NCBI GenBank assembly: GCA_021789895.1
Contig: JAJYIU010000012.1
Span: forward strand, 33,216-97,215
Direction: 5' to 3'
From: Acidobacteriota bacterium
GTDB lineage: Bacteria; Acidobacteriota; Terriglobia; Terriglobales; SCQP01
DNA: 64,000 nt
This document shows positions 19,166 to 28,748 of this stretch, piece by piece (the first letter of the stretch is position 1; the number at the start of each line of letters is the position of its first letter). Position numbers and translations under genes: made by a program. Below the pieces are notes generated by a model. That model was not told where the DNA came from and did no database searches. It saw nothing but the letters and a program-made list of their open reading frames with translations.

Positions 19166-19307
19166 ACGCAGGCGCGCGCCGGCTGATATCTATTTTAGCC
19201 AAGAATGCCGGGGCCCATGGACATGAACCGGCTTGGCAGGCTGCTGTTACGATAAAGAAAGCCGCGCGACCCCACCGGCGTCCTCCGCGGCGGCGGAGAT
19301 ACGCACC

Positions 19308-21185
19308 ATGTCCAGCACGAAAACCACGAGCGAACTGATTGCCGGGCTGCAGAACATCGCCACTCAACTGCGGATCGATTCCATCACCGCCACGACCGCG
19401 GCCGGCAGCGGGCATCCGACCAGTTGCATGTCGGCGGCGGAGATTGTCTCGGCGCTGTTTTTTCATGTCATGCGCTTCGATCCCCAGCACCCACAGGACC
19501 GCGACAACGACCGCTTTGTGCTCTCGAAAGGGCACGCGGCGCCGGTGCTGTATTCGGCCTGGGCGGAACTGGGCTTGTTTCCCCGCGAACGGCTGAAGAC
19601 CCTGCGTCAATTCCATTCCGATCTGGAAGGACATCCCACTCCGCTGCTGCCCTTCGTGGCCGTGCCCACCGGCTCGCTGGGCCAGGGGCTGGCGGTGGGG
19701 CTGGGCATGTCCCTGGCCTCGCGCATGGAAGACCGTGAAAACCGCAGCTACGTGCTGATGGGCGACGGCGAAATCGCAGAAGGCTCGGTATGGGAATCGG
19801 CCGAGCTGGCCGCTTTCCATCAGGTGGATTCGCTCTGCGCCATCGTGGACGTCAATCGGCTGGGCCAGAGCCAGCCCACCATGCTGCAGCACGATATGGA
19901 AGTGTACGAGCAGCGCTGGACAGCCTTCGGCTGGCGCGCCCTGGTCGTGGACGGCCACGATCTGGAAGAATTGCTCGCGGCGTTCGAGCAGGCGCAAGCG
20001 ACCCATGGGCGGCCGGCGGTGATTCTGGCGCGCACATTCAAAGGCCACGGAGTCTCGTTTTTAGAGGATAAAGAGGACTGGCACGGAAAGGCGCTGAAGC
20101 CGGCCGAGGCGGAAAAGGCATTGGCGGAGCTGCAGCCCCGACTGCAGCCGGACGCGGTCCGGCCCATGCCGCCGCCGCCGGCGCGCTCGCGCGCCCGGAT
20201 GGCGCAACCGGCGCCCATGCCCGCCCCCGCCTTCGACCGCGCCAAGCCGTCGGCTACGCGCGAGGCGTTTGGCGAAGCTCTGGCCGCGGCCGCGCCCGGC
20301 GACCCGCGGCTGAACGCCCTTGATGGCGACGTCAAGAACTCGACTTTTACCCAGGACTTCCAGGCCAAGGCGCCGGGACGCTTCGTCGAAGGCTTCATTG
20401 CCGAGCAGAATATGGTGGGTATGGCGATGGGCCTGGCCGCCGCCGGTCGGATCCCGTTCGTTTCCACCTTCGCCTGCTTTCTTACCCGCGCCGCGGATTT
20501 TGTGCGCCTCGCCGGACTGGCGCGCTTGAATGTCAAATTCGTCGGCACTCATGCCGGCGTTTCCATTGGCGAAGACGGTGGTTCGCAAATGGGCCTGGAA
20601 GACTTGGCCCTGTTCCGCGCCCTGCCGGACTCCACCGTGTTCTACCCCAGCGACGCCACCAGCGCCTGGCGCGCGGTCGAGTTGGCCATCCGCCAACCCG
20701 GCATCGTGTATATACGGACCGGCAGGCCCAAGCAGCCGGTTCTTTACGACGCCGCCGAATCGTTCGAAATCGGACGCGGCAAGCTGCTGCGCCAGAGCGA
20801 TCAGGATGTTGCTACCGTGGTCGCAGCCGGCGTCACCCTGAACGAGGCGCTCAAGGCGGCCGACGAACTGAAGCAGCAGGGGATCGCCATACGGGTAATT
20901 GACCTGTTCAGCGTGCGGCCGGTGGATCAAGCGCTGCTGCTCGAGGCGGCGAAGGCCAGCCACAACCTGCTGATCACGGTCGAGGACCATCACGCCGCCG
21001 GCGGCCTGGGCGACGCGGTGGCGGAAGCGGTCGGCCCGGAAGGCGTGCGGGTGGTACGGCTGGCGGTGCGCGAGATGCCGCACAGCGGCAAACCGGAAGA
21101 GCTGCTTCACCAGCAAAAAATTGATGCCGCCGCGATTCAGGAAACCGTGCACAAGCTGGTTGTCAAGAACCCGACCGGCCGCTAA
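19308..21185 (+). CDS. tkt: transketolase (single polypeptide of the short, split-type family)
   Basis: The N-terminal half has SGHPTSCMSAAEI...SKGHAAP...GSLGQGL...GDGE (the TPP-binding part). The C-terminal half has FIAEQNMVGMAMGLA (the Pyr domain). The two halves are joined by a Pro/Ala-rich linker. The start is trimmed to ATG 19308. Confidence 0.9.
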   Translation: MSSTKTTSELIAGLQNIATQLRIDSITATTAAGSGHPTSCMSAAEIVSALFFHVMRFDPQHPQDRDNDRFVLSKGHAAPVLYSAWAELGLFPRERLKTLRQFHSDLEGHPTPLLPFVAVPTGSLGQGLAVGLGMSLASRMEDRENRSYVLMGDGEIAEGSVWESAELAAFHQVDSLCAIVDVNRLGQSQPTMLQHDMEVYEQRWTAFGWRALVVDGHDLEELLAAFEQAQATHGRPAVILARTFKGHGVSFLEDKEDWHGKALKPAEAEKALAELQPRLQPDAVRPMPPPPARSRARMAQPAPMPAPAFDRAKPSATREAFGEALAAAAPGDPRLNALDGDVKNSTFTQDFQAKAPGRFVEGFIAEQNMVGMAMGLAAAGRIPFVSTFACFLTRAADFVRLAGLARLNVKFVGTHAGVSIGEDGGSQMGLEDLALFRALPDSTVFYPSDATSAWRAVELAIRQPGIVYIRTGRPKQPVLYDAAESFEIGRGKLLRQSDQDVATVVAAGVTLNEALKAADELKQQGIAIRVIDLFSVRPVDQALLLEAAKASHNLLITVEDHHAAGGLGDAVAEAVGPEGVRVVRLAVREMPHSGKPEELLHQQKIDAAAIQETVHKLVVKNPTGR

Positions 21186-21230
21186 GCGCTGCGCCCGCGA
21201 ACGAGCAGGCTGCCAGCAGCGGGACGATTC

Positions 21231-22670
21231 TTATTGCCTTGGCGGCGGGGCGTGTATGAAACGGCTGGCAAAGCGCATGAACGCCGGCCAGTTGGGAATA
21301 TCCGTGTGCCCGCCGTGATGCTGCCGCCAGCCGATCTGGCCCGAGAGCAGCGCGGTCGCGATGGGCGGCATGTGGGCGGGAAGCCCGCGCTTGCCCAGCA
21401 ACGCGTAAACCGGATCGGCGGCCACTGCCGCCATATAGGATCCGCGTGCGTCTACCCAGGTACCTTCCACCCGCGGCGAGCCATAGCTGATGAAAATCGG
21501 CCGCGGGGCGCACATGGCGATCAGTTCGTGCGCATCTACCGGCAGGTCATTGGCGGTGTAACGGCTGTCAAACAGCAGGAAATTGCCGTCCATCCAGTGG
21601 TATTCGCCCTCGCCGGCGATGTTGCCCATCTGTTCGCCGAAATGACGGCGATAAAGGGCGGCGCCCGCCTTGCCCGACGATCCGATCAGGCCGATGGCGA
21701 AGCGCCGGTCGTAAGCCATGGTCACCAGCGCCGCCTTGCCGTAGCGCGACAGCCCCTCGATTGCGACCTCGCGGGCGTTGACCCCGGGATCGGTTTCGAG
21801 ATAATCGAGCGTGCGGCTGGCGCCCCAGGCCCAGGCCCGCAGTGCTCCCCACTGGTACGGCCGGCGCGGCCGGCCATGGTTGGTCAGTCCGATAATGCCG
21901 TGGCGCAGCCCGGCGCCGTTGTCGGCTTGGTAGCTGGTCGGCGCTAATACGGCGTAGCCCCAGTCTTGCGCCAGCAGTTGCTGCTGCCAGGTCGGGCCTT
22001 TGGGCGAAGGGAATTTCACCCCGCGCGCCTTGAGCATCGCCCGAAACGCTTTCATCATTGCCGGGCTGAAATTGAAGCCGAAATGGATCAGCACCGGCAC
22101 CGGGCCCGAAGCTCGCGCCGGCAGCGTCAACGTCACCGGGATTTGCACCCGAATCGCCGGATCGCTGGAATTGTCCACGCGCCCGATCAGATGCTTAACC
22201 AGGGTGCGAATCCCACCATTGATCCCATGCGCCACGCTCACCACCCGCCAGCTCACCTTGGGCGTGTTGCGCGGCACATAGCCGTAAACGTCGCGGTCGA
22301 AATCCTGCTCGATTTCCGGCCGCCGCAGCTTCCACCAGAGTGCGGGGGTCGAAATTCTGACGCCAAGATTGCTGATCAGCGGGTTGGGGAGACGCGGATA
22401 GGGATTGGCCTTGGCTTCATCGGTGTTTTGATAATTCGCCGCATGCGGGTTCATGCCGTTGGCGCCGGGGCGCATCTGGCGGATGTGCAGCAGATCGAGC
22501 ATGTGCTCATAATCCGCGTGCGTGGCGCGGCGCTGGGTATGCAGTGCGGCTCGCTGCGCGGGGGTGAGATGCATGCCGGGAAACTGCGCCGCCGATGGCA
22601 GCGCCGATGCGGCCAGGAAAATACCCGAAAAAAGGACGAGGGTTCGATTCGAAATGAGCCAAGGTTGCAT
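21231..22670 (-). CDS. secreted alpha/beta-hydrolase, carbohydrate-esterase family 15 (glucuronoyl esterase)-like
   Basis: Signal peptide MQPWLISNRTLVLFSGIFLAASALPSAAQ. The GLSRYGKAAL segment resembles the CE15 G-x-S-R-x-G nucleophile motif. The family assignment is tentative. Confidence 0.6.
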   Translation of the reverse strand: MQPWLISNRTLVLFSGIFLAASALPSAAQFPGMHLTPAQRAALHTQRRATHADYEHMLDLLHIRQMRPGANGMNPHAANYQNTDEAKANPYPRLPNPLISNLGVRISTPALWWKLRRPEIEQDFDRDVYGYVPRNTPKVSWRVVSVAHGINGGIRTLVKHLIGRVDNSSDPAIRVQIPVTLTLPARASGPVPVLIHFGFNFSPAMMKAFRAMLKARGVKFPSPKGPTWQQQLLAQDWGYAVLAPTSYQADNGAGLRHGIIGLTNHGRPRRPYQWGALRAWAWGASRTLDYLETDPGVNAREVAIEGLSRYGKAALVTMAYDRRFAIGLIGSSGKAGAALYRRHFGEQMGNIAGEGEYHWMDGNFLLFDSRYTANDLPVDAHELIAMCAPRPIFISYGSPRVEGTWVDARGSYMAAVAADPVYALLGKRGLPAHMPPIATALLSGQIGWRQHHGGHTDIPNWPAFMRFASRFIHAPPPRQ

Positions 22671-22846
22671 ACCGGGTTCCTGTTCGAAAGGCTGGCGGTA
22701 CTATCCTCGCAGTTTGAATGTTCCCAGACAAGTTCAGCGTGGCGGCGGAATTAGTTGCCGCATGCGACAAATTACCGGGCGGCGGGCGAAAACGCGCGCG
22801 GCAGCAGCGGTTGCAGCCGCCGGGTTTGAGTCAAGTAAAATGACTC

Positions 22847-23098
22847 ATGCCCAATCCCAGACTCTCCTCCGGCACGGTGCATAAAATACCGGCCGATTTA
22901 CGCACGGCGCTCATTGCCGACGCGGAAGCGCGGGCAAAATGGGAAGACATTACACCGCTGGCGCGCAATGAATGGATCTGCTGGACGACTTCGGTGAAGA
23001 AGCCGGAAACCCGAAAGCAGCACGTTGAGCGAGTGTGCTCGGAGCTGAAGGATGGGATGCGCCGGCCCTGCTGCTGGCCGGGATGCCCGCACCGGTAA
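22847..23098 (+). CDS. YdeI/OmpD-associated family protein
   Basis: 83 aa. IPADLRTAL...WEDITPLARNEWICWTTSVKKPETR matches YdeI-type small proteins. Confidence 0.65.
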   Translation: MPNPRLSSGTVHKIPADLRTALIADAEARAKWEDITPLARNEWICWTTSVKKPETRKQHVERVCSELKDGMRRPCCWPGCPHR

Positions 23099-23226
23099 AG
23101 CCCGAACACGGTGGGTACGGCAGGCTGGCTGTCGCCGCCGTGAGAGTGTATATACCCGCCAAGACGATGATTTTTCGGACCTATCCAACTGAATCGAAAT
23201 GATTCGGGCCGGGCTTGTTTGCCGGC

Positions 23227-23811
23227 TTAGACGGTGAGAATTTCTTTTTCCTTGGACTGAGCCAGGGATTCCAACTGCTTGATCTCATCGTCGGTCAATT
23301 TCTGTATATCGTCGTGGGCCCGGCGCTCTTCGTCTTCGCTGATTTTCTTCTCCGCCTTGATTTTCTTCACCAGTTCGTTGCCGTCACGGCGGATGTTGCG
23401 CAGCGCGGTGCGGTGGTCTTCCAGCACCTTATGCAGATGCTTCACCCATTCTTTGCGGCGTTCTTCGGTCAGCGCCGGCACCGGCAGCCGCAGCAGCTTG
23501 CCGTCGCTGGCCGGGTTCAATCCCAGATCGGCGGCGCGGATCGCTTTCTCGATCGCGGGCAGGATGGCGGCATCGTACGGCTGCACGGTAATCAATTGCG
23601 GATCGGGCGCATGCAGGGTGGCCAACTGGTTGAGCGGGGTGGCGGTGCCGTAATATTCGACCCGGACGCCGTCCAGTAGATGAACGGAAGCGCGGCCGGT
23701 GCGGATCGAGGCCAGCGCGGCGCGGAAATCGGTGACGGCCTTGTCCATGCGGGTGCGCAGTTGCTGGAAGGTATCGCGCAGCGCGGGTACGGAGGCAGAA
23801 ATGGCTTGCAT
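23227..23811 (-). CDS. frr: ribosome recycling factor
   Basis: LASIRTGRASVHLLDGVRVEYYG and the C-terminal DDIQKLTDDEIKQ are conserved RRF features. Confidence 0.95.
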   Translation of the reverse strand: MQAISASVPALRDTFQQLRTRMDKAVTDFRAALASIRTGRASVHLLDGVRVEYYGTATPLNQLATLHAPDPQLITVQPYDAAILPAIEKAIRAADLGLNPASDGKLLRLPVPALTEERRKEWVKHLHKVLEDHRTALRNIRRDGNELVKKIKAEKKISEDEERRAHDDIQKLTDDEIKQLESLAQSKEKEILTV

Positions 23812-23832
23812 GACGGATTCCTCGATAGGGGA

Positions 23833-24567
23833 TCAGACCGCGGGAACGGCGGCCGGCTGCGACGGGCCGATGAGCGAGCCCAGCGGCTCTCCGGCGGCCA
23901 CCCGCTGCACATTCCCGGGCTGGTGCAAGTTGAAAACTACGACCGGAAGCTGGTGATCGCGGCACAAGGCGATGGCGGAAAGATCCATAACCCGCAGGTT
24001 GCGCTCGATGAACTCCTGGTAGCTGAGCCGGGGAAAACGAACGGCGGTCGGCACCTGCGCCGGATCGGCGTCATAGACGCCATCCACCTGGGTGCCCTTC
24101 AGCAGCACATCGGCCTTGATTTCCATGGCGCGCAGGGCGGCGGCGGTGTCGGTGGAAAAATAAGGGCTGCCGGTGCCGCCGACAAACAACACCGCCCGGC
24201 CTTTTTCCAGGTGGCGGATGGCGCGGCGGCGGATATAGGGCTCGGCCACTTTCTGCATCTCGACCGCGCTCATCAGCCGGGTTTTGAGCCCGCGCGCTTC
24301 CAACGCATCCTGCATTGCCAGGCCATTGATCACCGTCGCCAGCATGCCCATCTGGTCGGCGGCGACGCGGTCCATGTGGCGCGCCTGTTGGGAGACGCCG
24401 CGGAAGAAATTGCCGCCGCCGAGCACCAGTGCCGTTTCCACGCCGCTGCGTTGCACGGCCAGCACTTCATCGGCCAGAAAGCCCAATTTGGCAGGATCGA
24501 TGCCGAAGCCCTGGCTGCCGGCCAGCGCCTCGCCGGAAAGTTTCAGCAGGATGCGTTTATACGCCAT
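23833..24567 (-). CDS. pyrH: UMP kinase
   Basis: The N-terminus [25 protein letters not shown], and the full-length profile. Confidence 0.95.
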   Translation of the reverse strand: MAYKRILLKLSGEALAGSQGFGIDPAKLGFLADEVLAVQRSGVETALVLGGGNFFRGVSQQARHMDRVAADQMGMLATVINGLAMQDALEARGLKTRLMSAVEMQKVAEPYIRRRAIRHLEKGRAVLFVGGTGSPYFSTDTAAALRAMEIKADVLLKGTQVDGVYDADPAQVPTAVRFPRLSYQEFIERNLRVMDLSAIALCRDHQLPVVVFNLHQPGNVQRVAAGEPLGSLIGPSQPAAVPAV

Positions 24568-24607
24568 GCGCTATCCAGATTCTGCCGCTGCGCGCCGCGG
24601 CCGCCGC

Positions 24608-25213
24608 CTAGCCGGCCGAGGTGTCGCCCACCTTGAAACGGGTGAAGCGGCGCAAGGTGACGTTTTCGCCAAACTGCGATACCTTGCCGGCCACCAGCTC
24701 GCGCACGGTCAGCTTGTCATCCTTGATAAAGTGCTGATCGAGCAGGCAGTTTTCCTCATAAAATTTTTCCAGCCGACCGGTGACGATTTTTTCCAGCACC
24801 GCCGGCGGCTTGTTCTGCGACTCGATTTGGGCGCGGTAGATGGCGCGCTCGCGCTCGCGCACTTCTTCCGGCACTGCCTCCCGGTCGAGGTAGCGCGGAT
24901 CGGCGGCGGCTACGTGCATCGCCAGGTCGTGCAGCAATTGCTGGAACTCGGGCGTACGCGCGACAAAATCGCTTTCGCAATCCAGCTCCAGCAGCACGCC
25001 GATCTTGCCGCCGGCGTGGATATAGGCGCCGACCGCGCCCTCCTTGGTCACCCGCGCTGATTTCTGCCGGGCGCTGGCCAATCCTTTTTGGCGCAGCAGG
25101 ATCTCGGCCTGGGCGAGATCGCCCTTAGCTTCCACCAGCGCGGTTTTGCAATGCATCATCGGCGCGCCGGTTTGATCGCGCAATTGTTTGACTAAAGCAG
25201 CGGAAATTTCCAT
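24608..25213 (-). CDS. tsf: elongation factor Ts (short form, 201 aa)
   Basis: The N-terminal UBA-like region VKQLRDQTGAPMMHCKTALVEAKGDL, and synteny rpsB-tsf-pyrH-frr. Confidence 0.93.
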   Translation of the reverse strand: MEISAALVKQLRDQTGAPMMHCKTALVEAKGDLAQAEILLRQKGLASARQKSARVTKEGAVGAYIHAGGKIGVLLELDCESDFVARTPEFQQLLHDLAMHVAAADPRYLDREAVPEEVRERERAIYRAQIESQNKPPAVLEKIVTGRLEKFYEENCLLDQHFIKDDKLTVRELVAGKVSQFGENVTLRRFTRFKVGDTSAG

Positions 25214-25243
25214 CTCGGTTTCAGTGGTTCCTAACCGCCCGCG

Positions 25244-26194
25244 TTAGAGCGCGGGCCCGGCGTCAGCGCGTTTTTCCTGCTCCGGGTTTTCCGCCGCGGA
25301 ATCCGGTCCTTTGCGCTCGGGCTGGGCGGCGGACTCGGCCTCGGTTTCGGATTCAGCTTCAGCCTCGGGCACTGCGGCGCGCGCCCGCGTATCGCTCTCC
25401 AGCGCGCCGTACTTGCGTTCGGCTTCATACTGCGCCAGGTACTCGGGACTGATATCCGCATCCGGCACGGCGCCTTCAGCCTCGGCCGCTTCCGGTTCCA
25501 CCTCGGAGGGCAGCAGTTGCTTGCCTTCCAGGCAGGCGTCGGAGATGCGCGAAGTAAACAGCCGGATGGCGCGTAATGCGTCGTCGTTGCCGGGGATGAC
25601 GAAATCCACTTCGCTCGGATCGCAGTTGGTATCCACCACGGCGACCACCGGAATACCCAGCTTGCGGGCCTCGCGCACGGCGATCTGCTCGTTGTTGGAA
25701 TCCACCACGAAGAGGATGCCCGGCAGCCCGGGCATGTCCTTGATGCCGGCCAGGTTCTGATGCAGGTGCTTGCGCTCGCGCTCGAGCCGGATCACCTCTT
25801 TTTTAGGCAGCAGCTCATAGCGCCCATCGGTGGACATCGCCTCGATATCCTGGTAGCGCTTGATGGATTTCTGGATGGTCACCCAGTTGGTGAGCAGCCC
25901 GCCCAGCCAGCGGTTATTGACGTAGTACATCTGGCAGCGGGTGGCTTCCTCGGCAATCGCATCCTGCGCCTGCCGCTTGGTGCCGACGAACAGCACCGTC
26001 TTGCCGCCGGCCACCTGTTCCTGCACGAAACGGGCGGCTTCTTTGAACATCTTCAGCGTTTTTTGCAGGTCAATGATGTAAATCCCATTGCGCTCGCCGA
26101 AGATGAATTCCTTCATCTTGGGATTCCACCGCCGGGTCTGGTGCCCGAAATGCACCCCGGCTTCGAGCAGTTCCTTCATCGTGATGCTGGCCAA
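25244..26194 (-). CDS. rpsB: 30S ribosomal protein S2 with an acidic C-terminal tail
   Basis: [19 protein letters not shown]. The C-terminal ~70 aa is a low-complexity Glu/Ala/Pro-rich extension. Confidence 0.95.
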   Translation of the reverse strand: MASITMKELLEAGVHFGHQTRRWNPKMKEFIFGERNGIYIIDLQKTLKMFKEAARFVQEQVAGGKTVLFVGTKRQAQDAIAEEATRCQMYYVNNRWLGGLLTNWVTIQKSIKRYQDIEAMSTDGRYELLPKKEVIRLERERKHLHQNLAGIKDMPGLPGILFVVDSNNEQIAVREARKLGIPVVAVVDTNCDPSEVDFVIPGNDDALRAIRLFTSRISDACLEGKQLLPSEVEPEAAEAEGAVPDADISPEYLAQYEAERKYGALESDTRARAAVPEAEAESETEAESAAQPERKGPDSAAENPEQEKRADAGPAL

Positions 26195-26278
26195 TCAACC
26201 TCCTTATAAAGCTGGCAATCCCGCAGCACGGGATTTGAGTTCCTTGCGGAAGATTTCCACACCTGGAGCCATAAAAAC

Positions 26279-26671
26279 TTAGCGTTTGGAGAACTGGAAG
26301 CGTTTGCGGGCGCCTTTTTGCCCGTACTTTTTGCGTTCTTTGACCCGGGCGTCGCGGGTCAACAGGCCCAGCCCCCGCAGCCGGGGGCGCAGTTCGGCGT
26401 TATACGCCAGCAGCGCGCGCGCGATGCCGAGGCGCAGGGCGCCGCTCTGTCCGGCCAGCCCGCCGCCGTCAATGTTGGCGTGCACGTCAAACTGGCCGCT
26501 CAATTCCAGCGACTGCAGCGGTGAGCGGGCGAGCAGTTGCAATGCCGGGGTGGTGAAATAGCGCTCGAATTCGCGCCCGTTGATCCGGATCTGGCCGCTG
26601 CCCGGGCGCAGCCAAACCCGCGCTACCGAGCTTTTCCGCCGGCCGGTTCCTTGGTATTGGGTCGATGCCAT
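26279..26671 (-). CDS. rpsI: 30S ribosomal protein S9
   Basis: [17 protein letters not shown]...[20 protein letters not shown] 26671 has an AAGGA sequence 10 nt upstream. The track ORF starts at TTG 26689. Confidence 0.93.
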   Translation of the reverse strand: MASTQYQGTGRRKSSVARVWLRPGSGQIRINGREFERYFTTPALQLLARSPLQSLELSGQFDVHANIDGGGLAGQSGALRLGIARALLAYNAELRPRLRGLGLLTRDARVKERKKYGQKGARKRFQFSKR

Positions 26672-26710
26672 AGAGATATTGTCCTTCAAACCGCCGCCGG
26701 GCGGGGCGGA

Positions 26711-27142
26711 TCAGTCCCAGCTCACCGGCTCCGGTTGTTGCGCGAAATGGGGATGCCGTTCGTCGCGGTAAACGCGCAAGTTGCGCGCCAGATGCTTGCC
26801 CAGGGTGGTTTTTGGCAGCATGCCGACGATGGCATCGCGCAGCACGGCATCGGGCTGGGCGGCAAAGCGCGTCTGCATCTGGCGGGTTTTCAGCCCGCCG
26901 GGATAGCCGGTGAAGTGGTGGTACTGCTTGTCTTCCATTTTCCGGCCGGTAACCTTCAGTTTGGCTGCGTTGATGACGATGACGTGCTCGCCGGTAGCGA
27001 GAAAAGGCGTAAAGCGGGGATTCTGCTTGCCCCGCAGCAGGCTGGCTACCTGGGCGGCAATCCGGCCCAGCGTCCGCCCTTGGGCATCCACCAGGTACCA
27101 TTTGGGCGCCAGTTCGGCAGCCTTGGGAATATATGTCCGCAT
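26711..27142 (-). CDS. rplM: 50S ribosomal protein L13
   Basis: MRTYIPKAAELAPKWYLVDA. ATG 27142 is preceded by GAGGA. The track ORF starts at TTG 27157. Confidence 0.93.
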   Translation of the reverse strand: MRTYIPKAAELAPKWYLVDAQGRTLGRIAAQVASLLRGKQNPRFTPFLATGEHVIVINAAKLKVTGRKMEDKQYHHFTGYPGGLKTRQMQTRFAAQPDAVLRDAIVGMLPKTTLGKHLARNLRVYRDERHPHFAQQPEPVSWD

Positions 27143-27358
27143 CACGTCCGTCCTCAATTTTCGCCCGCCGCCTGCTACCCGGCGGAAAGCACATATTTTT
27201 CCTGCCCGGCGAATTCGCGTCGGCCGGGGAAAAATTCCCTGCCGATGCGCGGCCTTGCGCTCCCCTCGTCTTCAATTTCCGGTATCAAATTCCGGCCGGA
27301 GGCACATTCATCCAAGTCCCTGCCGCAGGTGGAGGGGTGGAAGGCAGGGCAATCATTA

Positions 27359-27388
27359 ACTTTAGGGCCTCCGCGGGCGGATTGTCAA
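27359..27388 (-). promoter_or_regulatory. candidate sigma-70 promoter of the rplM-rpsI operon
   Basis: On the minus strand: TTGACA (27388-27383), an 18-nt spacer, then TAAAGT (27364-27359). This implies a leader of about 200 nt. Confidence 0.35.
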
Positions 27389-27416
27389 CCACGCCCGCGG
27401 CGCCGGATCCGGCGGC

Positions 27417-27978
27417 TCATCCAGATATGGCGCAGGCCAAGGCCGGCCCGCGCATGGCCGGCAGCGCGCCGGGCTGGCTCGCTTTAGAGCACCAGCCGGG
27501 CACATTGCAGGCCAGCCCTTTTTCCGCCGCCAGGTCGCTATTATTTTGCGGCAGCGCCGATTCCGACATTGGCGAACGAAAATCGGGGGCGGTGGACAGG
27601 CTCTTCGACCAGGTGAAATTGGCCAGCAGCGTCAAGCCGTGCTGCAACCGCCGCCGCACATCCACCCAGCCGGCGTCATACCAAACTGGCAGCGCGATGG
27701 CGGCAACGGGAAAAGTCAGCGAGCTGACCGGAACGCCGGCGGGGAATTGCGTGCCCGGCAGATAGGTTGCGGTCTGATAGGGCCGGCGCGGATTGATCGG
27801 CCCCGGGCCGGGAGGGGCGTTGTTCACCAGCACTATCTGCTGCAGATGGTAGCCGCGCGCGCCGGTGTAGTCGCTCTGCTGTCCCCCCCGAGCTGTCGCG
27901 GACCGTGCCCTGCACTTCCGCCATCCCCGACTGCCCCCGCGCCAATGCGCTAAATGCCATTGCCAGCAGCATCGTCAT
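27417..27978 (-). pseudogene. remnant of a TonB-dependent receptor (CarboxypepD_reg-type N-terminus): internally deleted, frameshifted and truncated
   Basis: ATG 27978 gives MTMLLAMAFSALARGQSGMAEVQGTVRDSSGG (signal peptide plus the start of a carboxypeptidase-regulatory-like domain). The frame breaks at a G7/C7 run (27883-27889). The next frame continues QQSDYTGARGYH...YDAGWVDVRRRLQHGLTLLANFTWSKSL...AEKG, which resembles a late barrel segment of such receptors. The total is about 187 codons, whereas intact genes of this family run to roughly 1000 codons as I recall. Confidence 0.6.
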
Positions 27979-28103
27979 CGCCGCAAAGGTGAATGGCCGC
28001 GGCCGGCTGCGCCGGGTGCGTGAATCGCTGTTATCCGCCGGCTGGATTTGACCGTAGCGACCGTAGTGATTGGCCGAAGCCGCCAGCATACAATGAGGAG
28101 GAG

Positions 28104-28748
28104 ATGAAAGCAGCCGCGCCCAGCCGGAACCGCGCCGTTTTTTTCGATCGCGACGGGGTGCTGAATCCGGAGCAAGGCTATATCTGCAGCCCTGAAGCGC
28201 TGCACGCCTACCCCGAGGCGGCGGAGGCGGTGCGGCGGGTGAACCGCAGCGGCTGGCTGGCCCTCGTCGTGACCAACCAGGCCGGCGTGGCGCGCGGGCT
28301 GCTGGATGAGGCCACGCTGGGCCGCATCCACGCCCGGCTCGAGGCCGAATTGGGACAAGGCGGCGCCCGGCTGGATGGAATCTACTACTGTCCTCATCAT
28401 CCGGAAGCCGGCGAGCCTCCCTACCGCCAGGCTTGCGAATGCCGCAAACCGCGGCCCGGGATGCTGCGCCGCGCCGCGCGCGAGCACCGGCTGCGCCTCT
28501 CCGACTGCTGGCTGATTACCGACCGGCTGGGCGAGGTGGAGATGATGCAGCGCGAAGGCGGACGCGCCGCGCTGGTGCTGACCGGCTACGGGCAGGGCGA
28601 ACTCGATGCCCAAGCCGCCCATGGGGGCGGGCCGCGCGCCGACCTGGTCTCGCCCGGCGTCCTGCCGGCGGTCGAGGCCATTCTGCACAGCCGCGGCGGG
28701 GAGCTTCCGGCGGCTGACCCCGCTCCCGCCGCGGTGGAGCCCGCATGA
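28104..28748 (+). CDS. gmhB: D-glycero-D-manno-heptose 1,7-bisphosphate phosphatase (HAD-IIIA)
   Basis: ATG 28104 follows GAGGAGGAG. Motifs: AVFFDRDGVLN (HAD motif I), VVTNQAGVARG, YYCPHHPEAG, CECRKPRPGML. Confidence 0.85.
   Translation: MKAAAPSRNRAVFFDRDGVLNPEQGYICSPEALHAYPEAAEAVRRVNRSGWLALVVTNQAGVARGLLDEATLGRIHARLEAELGQGGARLDGIYYCPHHPEAGEPPYRQACECRKPRPGMLRRAAREHRLRLSDCWLITDRLGEVEMMQREGGRAALVLTGYGQGELDAQAAHGGGPRADLVSPGVLPAVEAILHSRGGELPAADPAPAAVEPA

Noticed and set aside
18882-21152. 388-aa and 363-aa minus-strand ORFs (18882..20048 and 20061..21152)
   Set aside because: They are antisense to ispH and transketolase. The proteins on the opposite strand are unambiguous.
25244-25480. The C-terminal acidic tail of S2 as a separate or fused gene
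   Set aside because: It is continuous in frame with rpsB and is low-complexity Glu/Ala/Pro. As far as I recall, such tails occur on S2 in several phyla, so this is not a fusion to a recognisable domain.
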